From: a virus
Reading direction: 5' to 3' (one strand)
DNA length: 64,000 bases
IMG/VR virus record: IMGVR_UViG_3300020421_000003
The position numbers and the translations under genes were made by a program. Below the pieces are notes generated by a model. It made no database searches. It worked only from the letters and a program-made list of their open reading frames with translations, and was not told where the DNA came from. Positions 56,398 to 64,000 of the stretch are shown one piece after another (the first letter of the stretch is position 1; each line of letters opens with the position of its first letter).

Positions 56398-56680
56398 CTG
56401 ACACAGGTCTCGACTCACTATTTAGATGATGAGGTTTGTGCTCTCTATCCATAGGTTGAGACTTGGTGTCGTCGTTGCGTGAAAGATTCTTGATAACAAT
56501 GAATGCATCCTTGTTATACTTGCGGTCACCCTTCTGAGATGACCACTTCTTATTGTATCCTTCAGGTTGCTGGATACCAGATACCTGTGTGCCGCCGATC
56601 TCAATTGCAATGTTATCATTCCTTACATCCCAACCAAGGGTTGCAATCTGATCCCAAAGATCATCTTGAGTAAACTGCAT
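56381..56680 (-). CDS. Hypothetical protein
   Basis: 99-aa ORF. Confidence 0.6.
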   Translation of the reverse strand: MQFTQDDLWDQIATLGWDVRNDNIAIEIGGTQVSGIQQPEGYNKKWSSQKGDRKYNKDAFIVIKNLSRNDDTKSQPMDREHKPHHLNSESRPVSDAKKD

Positions 56681-57333
56681 CAGATATCTCCTGGGGCACG
56701 ATTCTCACTGTAGTTGACATCAAACATACCCTCAGGGTAACGTGCTGCCAGTTTCAGTGTGTTGATATAGATGATCTCATCAAGTCGCATGTCCAGTGCC
56801 ATAGCAGCATTGGCAACATACCACATGATATCACCCAACTCTTTCTGCAGGTGCTCCTTGTTAGCAGTGTCCCAAGGTTTGCCTTGGAATTTAACCTTCT
56901 TAACGATCTCCATAAACTCTCCACCCTCTGCACAGATACCTGCTGCAGCAGTGTCAAGACGCTCGATGTTACAACCTGCTTTGTGCAACTCCTGGAGTCG
57001 CTCGATGTAAGACACGTAGTCCTTACTAGCAGGAGAGGTGACACGATCTACAAACTCACAATAGCGATCGAGATCTACTTCAAACTTTTCCCTAGCACCA
57101 CCTGCAGCGGCAGCAGCTTTCTTCTCTGCTGCTTTCTTCTTGGTTTTGGGTGCCACAACATCAGGATTGTTGAGCATCTCCTCAGGAGTCTTGGGAGTAG
57201 AGTCTGCGACTTCTTGAGCACGCTGACGCTCCTCTTCAACTTTCTCTTGGGCATCACCAGAGATCTTCTCTGTCTGTTGCTCCAATTCATAATTGGGCTC
57301 ACCTTGATTGGTAAACTTGTTAGGGTCACTCAT
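56680..57333 (-). CDS. mazG: MazG-family NTP pyrophosphohydrolase
   Basis: AEGGEFMEIVKK...KELGDIMWY...KL.ARYP. Confidence 0.92.
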   Translation of the reverse strand: MSDPNKFTNQGEPNYELEQQTEKISGDAQEKVEEERQRAQEVADSTPKTPEEMLNNPDVVAPKTKKKAAEKKAAAAAGGAREKFEVDLDRYCEFVDRVTSPASKDYVSYIERLQELHKAGCNIERLDTAAAGICAEGGEFMEIVKKVKFQGKPWDTANKEHLQKELGDIMWYVANAAMALDMRLDEIIYINTLKLAARYPEGMFDVNYSENRAPGDI

Positions 57334-58706
57334 ACTTTGAATCCGTCAAATGATTTTCTAGTGTCGGTAAATGCGTCTTCACTGATGTCACCAGCATCAA
57401 TGATGTTGTCCTGTGCGGACTGGTCACAATCATACAGCCTCATCTTCGCCCTGTCAATCCCTACAACGAATCGCTTGAATAAGGTGGGATCATTGTATCG
57501 ATTCTTAAGTTGCTTGACCATGATCTGACCAAGTTGCTCCATCTCTTCTGTGGATATAAGCGCGACCATAAGATCAGCAGTAGCAGGCAGTCCAAAAGAC
57601 TCACTGGTATCAGTAATATCCACATCAGAGTTTCCATAGCCAGATCGGGTAGTTTGGGTAGCAGAGACAACAGGGACATTCAACTTTCCAGCGAGTCCTC
57701 TCAATTCCTCTGCGATAGACTTAACATATGTATAGGAATTGACAGAGGTCCCTTTGTATCGTGAGGATGCACAGATATTAAGGTAGTCAACAAAGATGAT
57801 GTCAGGATGGAAACCTTTCTTGAGTGACAACTCATTCAAGAGTGCTTCAAAGTGTCCCACATGTGCAGACGCTGTGGGATACTCTTTAATAACTAGGCGA
57901 CCTTGTGTTTTCTTCTTGAGAGATTCCACCTTCTTGATGTATCTCTCTTTAGTAAACATCGGATCACTCAGTTGTTGGATCGGGATGTCCAGAAGGTTGG
58001 CGTCAATTCGCTCAGCAATCTTCTCCTCTGCCATTTCAAGTGTAATGTAGAGTACGTTCCTCCCCTGCAGGAGACTGGCACTAGCGCAGTGGCACATGAA
58101 TAGAGACTTCCCGACACCTGTGCCAGCAAGTGCGATGTTGAGAGTCTTATTAGGCAGACCACCTTTTGTGATTTTGTTAAAATAGTCGATGTCAAAGGGA
58201 ATCTTCTCCTCTTTCCTGTGGTAAAAGTCGTAACGGTCTGATGCATCGGAGATGTAATCGTGACCTACATGATCATCAAAACAGACGCCCAATGCCTCAG
58301 ACATAATGCTGGGGATAGCGTCCTTTGTCCTAGTCTTATCTTGTCCATCAGCAATCTGCACCGACTCCATGAGAGCAAGGTAGACTGCACGTTCTTTGCA
58401 CCACTTCTCAGTGGTCTCCATCAACCATTCATCATTATAAGCGTCACGGTCTAGGTTATCAAGGAAGGTTTCAATCTCCTTGTAAGTATCCTCCGTGATG
58501 TCACGCCTTTTCTCAACCTCAATCTTCAGAGCATTAGGCTCTGGATTGATATCATACTCACTGATGTATTCCTGAATCGTCTGAAACAACAGACGGTTAG
58601 TAAACATATCGAAGTATTCATCCTTAATGAAAGGCAAAACCTTTCGACAGTAATCTTCCTCAAGGATAAGTTTACTGAGTGCAATCTCTTCGATCTTTAG
58701 GCTCAT
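57330..58706 (-). CDS. gp41: Replicative helicase
   Basis: AGTGVGKS, ITLEM, VDYLN, SESFG. Confidence 0.97.
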   Translation of the reverse strand: MSLKIEEIALSKLILEEDYCRKVLPFIKDEYFDMFTNRLLFQTIQEYISEYDINPEPNALKIEVEKRRDITEDTYKEIETFLDNLDRDAYNDEWLMETTEKWCKERAVYLALMESVQIADGQDKTRTKDAIPSIMSEALGVCFDDHVGHDYISDASDRYDFYHRKEEKIPFDIDYFNKITKGGLPNKTLNIALAGTGVGKSLFMCHCASASLLQGRNVLYITLEMAEEKIAERIDANLLDIPIQQLSDPMFTKERYIKKVESLKKKTQGRLVIKEYPTASAHVGHFEALLNELSLKKGFHPDIIFVDYLNICASSRYKGTSVNSYTYVKSIAEELRGLAGKLNVPVVSATQTTRSGYGNSDVDITDTSESFGLPATADLMVALISTEEMEQLGQIMVKQLKNRYNDPTLFKRFVVGIDRAKMRLYDCDQSAQDNIIDAGDISEDAFTDTRKSFDGFKV

Positions 58707-59263
58707 TGATAATGTAGATAGGTGGTCAATTCATACTTGTCATTACTGATAGGAGCGTTGTCCGAGTAGGGAAACGTCCACCCAGGTGGATATAATACCA
58801 CATCACCTTGCTGTGGTTTAATCTTCAGTCCCACTTGTGGGAATTCCATCTCGCCTCCATCCTCAACATCGTTAAGGAAGAATTTGTATGCCAGGAATCT
58901 CTTAGCAGAATCTGCATCACCAACGTCGATGTGTAGACCGAAGTTATCTCCAGTCTCGACATTGTATTTATTCAATTTGATCTGCTCAAGATTATTCTTC
59001 TGTGCCCAAAACTTTTCACAGTCCATGGCTCGCATATACTCATGAGCAGACCACTGAATGATGGGTACAATCTGCTGTTGGATTGCATTCCACTCGTGGT
59101 CTCCCTGGTCTGCTAGGAAGGAAACATTGAGGATGTTATATTGTGGGACACCATCATCCCACCTCATCATCTTCTCAGAAGAATCGGCCTTAAGGATAGC
59201 ATTGCGGCATACGTTTGGATCAAGTGCTTTGGGATAGATCTTAATCCATTCCTTATGATCCAT
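58703..59263 (-). CDS. 2OG-Fe(II) oxygenase-like protein
   Basis: LHID...[11 protein letters not shown]; the distal His is replaced (WTFPYS). Confidence 0.78.
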   Translation of the reverse strand: MDHKEWIKIYPKALDPNVCRNAILKADSSEKMMRWDDGVPQYNILNVSFLADQGDHEWNAIQQQIVPIIQWSAHEYMRAMDCEKFWAQKNNLEQIKLNKYNVETGDNFGLHIDVGDADSAKRFLAYKFFLNDVEDGGEMEFPQVGLKIKPQQGDVVLYPPGWTFPYSDNAPISNDKYELTTYLHYQ

Positions 59264-60266
59264 AGGAAAACTCCTGCTCTGCTGCCTTGTCAAGTTTCAT
59301 CATGATGTCGGGGGTGAAGTATTTTTCAGGGTCAGTAAGAATAGACTTAGGATAAACAGAAGTCTCGCCAAACTTGATACGATTACCGACTCGTTGGAAG
59401 ACTCCATACTTCTCACCCAATTCCAGTAGTCCGAAATAGCGGTCAAGTCCACGCTCGTCATAGTAAAGACGGGTTTCAACAACAGCATTCTCTCTGCTCA
59501 GACGCGACTTAGCAGTCTTTGCCTTGATAATGTTTCCAATGACTTCCTTACCATCCTTCTCTTTCTTTTTGCTGAGATAGATGATTGTAGAAGCAGCATA
59601 CTTGAGTCCACTGCCTCCACCCATTTCCTTTGTAGGGACATAAGATCCAATAACATCGTAAGTGTGGTTAGTAACAATCATAGGCACGTTTGCTTTACCC
59701 AGTTTAAGGGTGAGCACACGGAAGATAGACTTAACTACCTGTGCCCGTGACATATCACGGGTTTCTTTACCCGCTTCTGTGTCCTCAATCTCCTTAGAGG
59801 TCGAGAGCATTCCTAGTGAGTCTAACACAAACATCATAGGTTGGCGAGACTCCTCAGGCAGATTTAAGTATTTGTCAATGATCTTGATTGCCTGCTGCCT
59901 AAACTCCTGCACTGTAGTGACAGGGACAATGACCATACGATTTGAATCAATCTTGCGAGACTCGATCATGCTCTTGCTGATAGCAGACTCAGATTCAAAA
60001 TAGATCACACCTGCATCAGGATCCATGTCAAGAAAATGCTTGACAATGCCAAGGCAATAGAAAGTCTTACCAGTTGAAGACTCGCCTGCCACAGCTGTAA
60101 TCTTATTGGACGGGATGCCACCATAGATCGATCCAGATACCAGTGCGTTAAAAATATAACTGCCAGTATCGATATAAGAGGTGGTATCACCTGCTGCAAC
60201 TCCGTCTGAAACCAGACCAGCGTATTCATTATCGATCTCCTTTACGATATCGGAAAGAAAATTCAC
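59253..60266 (-). CDS. uvsX: RecA-like recombinase
   Basis: [20 protein letters not shown]; GTG start. Confidence 0.96.
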   Translation of the reverse strand: MNFLSDIVKEIDNEYAGLVSDGVAAGDTTSYIDTGSYIFNALVSGSIYGGIPSNKITAVAGESSTGKTFYCLGIVKHFLDMDPDAGVIYFESESAISKSMIESRKIDSNRMVIVPVTTVQEFRQQAIKIIDKYLNLPEESRQPMMFVLDSLGMLSTSKEIEDTEAGKETRDMSRAQVVKSIFRVLTLKLGKANVPMIVTNHTYDVIGSYVPTKEMGGGSGLKYAASTIIYLSKKKEKDGKEVIGNIIKAKTAKSRLSRENAVVETRLYYDERGLDRYFGLLELGEKYGVFQRVGNRIKFGETSVYPKSILTDPEKYFTPDIMMKLDKAAEQEFSYGS

Positions 60267-62770
60267 GACCACAATGCCTCCAGGGTGTTTACTTTTTCGG
60301 GTTTCCAACCAATGGTGTCTAAGATCACAGTCAAAGGGTCAAGAAACGACTTCTTAAACTGTAGGTCATAGTCTATGCTTTTGTCAAGTCCAAACTCGGT
60401 TGGGAGAGTCTGGAAGAATGAGATCACGTTTTCGTTGATCTTGTTTGGTGTCCTCAGCATCACGTATTTAATCTTCTCACCCTCTTGGATGATGGGATAC
60501 TTGTGTGCGAGTTTTCTCTTCTTGATATAGAAGTTATACAGCAGTGCTCCTCGCACATGCATGGGGCATCCCTTGCCATAGATGGTAGCAGGTGACGAAT
60601 TCTTTGCCACGTTGTTACATCCACGGGGGAATGCGATGTCTTCTACAGGCATCGCCTCAAACTTCTTACGGAAGTCAGAGATAAACTGTTGCAACTCACT
60701 CTCTGTGCCATTCATGATGACCTTCAGAGCGTCCTTAATGGCAGTGCGACAGGGTGCAGGGGTAGAAGACTTGACTGCTTCGATACCGTTGATCTTAAGT
60801 TTGGGAGTCTTGTAACGGACACCCTCACTATCAAATACATTGAGGATATATCTCTTCTTTGCTGTCCAGATGCCACGGTTAGCGATATTCTCTCGCTTCA
60901 TAAACATCTTCTGATCGTAGGCGTTTACATAGGTCGCCAACGCTTCATAAGAATCTCCAATATACTTCTCAAATTCCACTTCACACACCTTGTTAAGGAA
61001 CCTAACAACACTCTCATCGCTCTTCTCTCTGCCCTGGAATACCTTGTCAACAAAAGGACCCAGATTGAGATAGATGGAATCAGTATCAGCAGCAATAACG
61101 TAGTCAACATCAGTCGTCCTCAAGATTTTATTAAGGTAAGTATTCATTTTGTTTTGAATCCATCGGATACTTACCTGTCCCGATAGAGTAATCGCTTCAG
61201 CATTTGCCAGAGAGTAGTATCGGAAGTATTGGTTTCCGATGGCACCATAGGCGCTGTTGAGTTGGATTTTTCTTGCCATTTGGATGTTGTTGAATTTTGA
61301 CACATCCTTTTGTAATGCCAAGGTTTCTGCAGGTGTGGTGGCATCTTCGAGATTTTGCTTAGCGGCAAGCATTCTCTTCTTGTAAATGGTCCTTTCATCG
61401 TAGATCCTTTGCATCATTTGTGGAAGGAATCCAAGTGTATCCTTACGGTATTGAGCACCGTTAGCACACACACAACCATCCCCATCGAAGGTTATTTCTT
61501 GATTAAGTATTTTATCAACTGTAACCGTTGGGTGTCGCTCATCCATGAGCGTCTCGGGGGAGATATTGTACTGCATAATAAGGTGAGGATACAGAGAGTT
61601 GAGGTCAAAAGAGACCACCCAATCATAGCTTCCTGGAATCGGTTCCTTAACATATGCTCCCGCATACTTGTCGTCCTTCTTAGTAGTTAGGCGAGGTGGC
61701 ACCACAATGTTACGACCCTTAAGATCATTATAGATCAGGGTGTCCCACATACGGACCTGAGAATATACATCCTCAAGGTTTACCTTAGCGTCATACGCCA
61801 TGGTAACTGCCAACTCGATCAACTTCATCTTATCCTCTAGCATGTCAACCAGATTCACGTCATGGATGTTGTATTCCACGAAGCGTTGCCAGTCAGACGT
61901 GTAGAAATCCTTGAAGTTTTCAAACTCAGAGTGGTCCAACTTCTTATCACCCAACTCAACCATAGCGATATGGTCTAGGCGATAGGATTCCTGGTTAGTG
62001 TAAGTGAATTTCTTATAGAGATCGAGATAATCGAGGATCGCTACACCAGTTATTTCATACGCTATATTGGTGCGTCCCATCATCTTGATCTCTCTGTCAA
62101 TGACCCTATTCCAGGGGGACAAAGACTTCTTCCACTTCTCACCTAGCACCCGCTCGATACGACGACAGATGTAAGGGATGTCATACAGATTATTATTCCA
62201 TCCAGTAATGATATCAGGGGTATTCTGATTCCACCATGAGTGAAAGTCCTGTAGCATCTCTTGCTCTGTCCAGAAGACACGGTATTCAACATCCTTTGGA
62301 GCAATAAACTCTCTGGTCCCCCAGGTGATTGTCTCCTTGGTATTGAAATTCTTCATCGTAATACAAAGCATCTCCTCAGCAGATGCTTGCACGTCTGGGA
62401 ATCCATTTTCGCAGGCAACCTCAATGTCAATGGTCCAGATCTTCATCTGGGACATGTCATAATCAATTTCACCCTGCCACTTTTGAGCAATATGTTGATA
62501 AACATACCGCTCATATCCATGGACTTCCAGACCCGATGCGCCCTCATACGTTTTGATAAACTCTCGTGCTTCACGAGCGCCATCAAACTGTTTAGGGAAA
62601 GCATAACGACCATCCAGTGTCCGATACTTACTCGTCTTCTGTTGTGCGTTAGGCACTAGAAACAAAGTAGGGCGAGACTTCTCCCGATACTGCACGGGAT
62701 CTCCGTGCTCGTAACCTCGGATGAGAATGTCATCGCCCAGTAGACAGACACTTGTATAAAAATCACTCAT
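60263..62770 (-). CDS. gp43: Family B DNA polymerase
   Basis: [24 protein letters not shown]. Confidence 0.98.
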   Translation of the reverse strand: MSDFYTSVCLLGDDILIRGYEHGDPVQYREKSRPTLFLVPNAQQKTSKYRTLDGRYAFPKQFDGAREAREFIKTYEGASGLEVHGYERYVYQHIAQKWQGEIDYDMSQMKIWTIDIEVACENGFPDVQASAEEMLCITMKNFNTKETITWGTREFIAPKDVEYRVFWTEQEMLQDFHSWWNQNTPDIITGWNNNLYDIPYICRRIERVLGEKWKKSLSPWNRVIDREIKMMGRTNIAYEITGVAILDYLDLYKKFTYTNQESYRLDHIAMVELGDKKLDHSEFENFKDFYTSDWQRFVEYNIHDVNLVDMLEDKMKLIELAVTMAYDAKVNLEDVYSQVRMWDTLIYNDLKGRNIVVPPRLTTKKDDKYAGAYVKEPIPGSYDWVVSFDLNSLYPHLIMQYNISPETLMDERHPTVTVDKILNQEITFDGDGCVCANGAQYRKDTLGFLPQMMQRIYDERTIYKKRMLAAKQNLEDATTPAETLALQKDVSKFNNIQMARKIQLNSAYGAIGNQYFRYYSLANAEAITLSGQVSIRWIQNKMNTYLNKILRTTDVDYVIAADTDSIYLNLGPFVDKVFQGREKSDESVVRFLNKVCEVEFEKYIGDSYEALATYVNAYDQKMFMKRENIANRGIWTAKKRYILNVFDSEGVRYKTPKLKINGIEAVKSSTPAPCRTAIKDALKVIMNGTESELQQFISDFRKKFEAMPVEDIAFPRGCNNVAKNSSPATIYGKGCPMHVRGALLYNFYIKKRKLAHKYPIIQEGEKIKYVMLRTPNKINENVISFFQTLPTEFGLDKSIDYDLQFKKSFLDPLTVILDTIGWKPEKVNTLEALWS

Positions 62771-63008
62771 TAACTGCTTTCTGGTATGCTGCCAGCACTG
62801 CGGGTGCAGGATCCAGTATAGACATAATATCTGTGGATGTCAAGAAGAGAAATGACTGATCAGTGTGTAGGGGATACCTGTGTAGACTGGTGTCTACATC
62901 AATTACATGGGAATCCTCTAGCAGGAGACTCGGCTCCTCATCCATCTCAGTCAGTTTACCGATCAGGTAAGTGTCAGGATTGTTTTTAAGAATTAAAACT
63001 TTAATCAT
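62763..63008 (-). CDS. Hypothetical protein
   Basis: 81-aa ORF upstream of gp43. Confidence 0.6.
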   Translation of the reverse strand: MIKVLILKNNPDTYLIGKLTEMDEEPSLLLEDSHVIDVDTSLHRYPLHTDQSFLFLTSTDIMSILDPAPAVLAAYQKAVNE

Positions 63009-63397
63009 AGGTCTCTTGCAGTAGCATCTTCATCATCAAAGTAAACACTCATACCAGCAGGTTTGTGTGACTTAAGTATAGCCTTGTAACTTTCGGTCAC
63101 GTTTTCGTGAGGGTCACCAAGACTTACGACTGACATTACAGATACAATATTGTTACCTACAGTCAGTGGAGACCATGGATACAGTTTGATCTGGACATCC
63201 GTCAGGTCCATCTCATCAGGGGCAGACTCTTCCCCTTGAAACTCAAACATCTTGTCTGCTGGTTGCTCAATCACCACTGAATATGGTTGACTAAACTGAT
63301 ACGCGAGAGGCAGAGTGTGGTCTTCGGATGCCCTGACTTCTTTAATGTCAGCGATTACGTCCTCGCCGCTTTGCATTCTTGCGATTTTTACGCTCAT
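63005..63397 (-). CDS. Hypothetical protein
   Basis: SGEDVIADIKE...YPWSP. Confidence 0.65.
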   Translation of the reverse strand: MSVKIARMQSGEDVIADIKEVRASEDHTLPLAYQFSQPYSVVIEQPADKMFEFQGEESAPDEMDLTDVQIKLYPWSPLTVGNNIVSVMSVVSLGDPHENVTESYKAILKSHKPAGMSVYFDDEDATARDL

Positions 63398-63590
63398 AAT
63401 CTTTTTCCATTAGTTGTTCGTAAGTGCCTTGCACCATGTCTTGAAAGGCACGGCGGGCAGAGATGTTTTTCTCTTCCGCAAGGACGTGGACATACTGCAT
63501 AAACGTATCCATCTGATCAGGTGGCACGTCTAGAGTAAGTGTTTCGCTCTTCTCTGTGTATGCTGGACACAGATTAACATACATGTTCAT
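63348..63590 (-). CDS. Hypothetical protein
   Basis: 80-aa ORF from MNMYVNL. Confidence 0.55.
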   Translation of the reverse strand: MNMYVNLCPAYTEKSETLTLDVPPDQMDTFMQYVHVLAEEKNISARRAFQDMVQGTYEQLMEKDYERKNRKNAKRRGRNR

Positions 63591-63607
63591 TAAAATCAAC
63601 TCCAAAC

Positions 63608-63637
63608 AAAAAGAGACCCCCATCAGGGTGGTCTCTT
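63608..63637 (-). terminator. Terminator after petF
   Basis: AAGAGACC..GGTCTCTT followed by T-run. Confidence 0.75.
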
Positions 63638-63656
63638 CAGTTGCATATTATATATG

Positions 63657-63944
63657 TCAATAGAGATACTCTTCTTGCTCCGCTAGGATCACTAGATCTG
63701 ATGTTGGATACGATACACATGTGAGTAGGAATCCTGCTGCGATCTGATCATCATCTAGGAATGATTGATCTTCCTGATTCACTGTGCCTGATTCAATCTT
63801 GCCTGCACAAGTGCTACAGGCACCAGCACGGCAGGAGTATGGCATATCCGCTCCTGCTTCTTCTGCTGCGTCAAGAATATATGTGTCACCGTCACATTCA
63901 AAAGTTGTCTCGGTCCCGTCTGTCTGCTTGATAGTTACGTTCAT
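63657..63944 (-). CDS. petF: Plant-type [2Fe-2S] ferredoxin
   Basis: [13 protein letters not shown]...LLTC. Confidence 0.97.
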   Translation of the reverse strand: MNVTIKQTDGTETTFECDGDTYILDAAEEAGADMPYSCRAGACSTCAGKIESGTVNQEDQSFLDDDQIAAGFLLTCVSYPTSDLVILAEQEEYLY

Positions 63945-64000
63945 GTTTCGTAAGTCACTAACACCAGTATATATCAATAATCGCTGCTGTAACTTTTGCA

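Noticed and set aside
45118-62770. Inteins or introns in nrdA, nrdB, gp61, gp41 or gp43
   Set aside because: Lengths are ordinary, frames are continuous and no splice motifs are evident.
1-64000. Alternative genetic code or stop-codon recoding
   Set aside because: Core genes translate full length in code 11, with TAA, TAG and TGA all used as stops.

Overview
This is a 64 kb segment of a T4-like cyanomyovirus, most likely infecting marine Synechococcus (it carries psbA, psbD, hli, cp12, cpeT-like and petF). Almost all genes are on the minus strand; the only plus-strand unit is gp48-gp53. From left to right it holds: tail and baseplate genes (fibre-like proteins, gp5, hub, two tape-measure-like paralogs, gp51/gp26, gp54, gp2, gp4, gp48, gp53); gp32, gp33, exonuclease, phoH, thyX and glutaredoxin; a 1442-aa virion protein; a photosynthesis and accessory island (psbD, psbA, Trp-halogenase, two hli, 2OG-Fe(II) oxygenases, tRNA-Arg); nrdB, nrdA and primase; a block of probable internal-head proteins and nucleotidyltransferases; then mazG, gp41, uvsX, gp43 and petF. 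Four observations stand out. (1) A tandem glutamine (glnA-type) riboswitch has a whole 53-aa ORF inside the P2 loop of its second aptamer, upstream of a DUF4278-type peptide. (2) An in-frame U_UUU_UUC -1 slippery site would fuse gp26 to a gp51 frame lacking an ATG at its 5' end, directly upstream of the tape-measure-like genes, as in lambda G/GT. (3) A ligase-fold KxDG protein is coupled to a HIGH-family nucleotidyltransferase with a capsid-targeting-like N-terminus. (4) gp4 and gp48 share a CATG start and each carries the other's late promoter. All calls come from reading motifs and synteny by eye; no database search or RNA folding was run.
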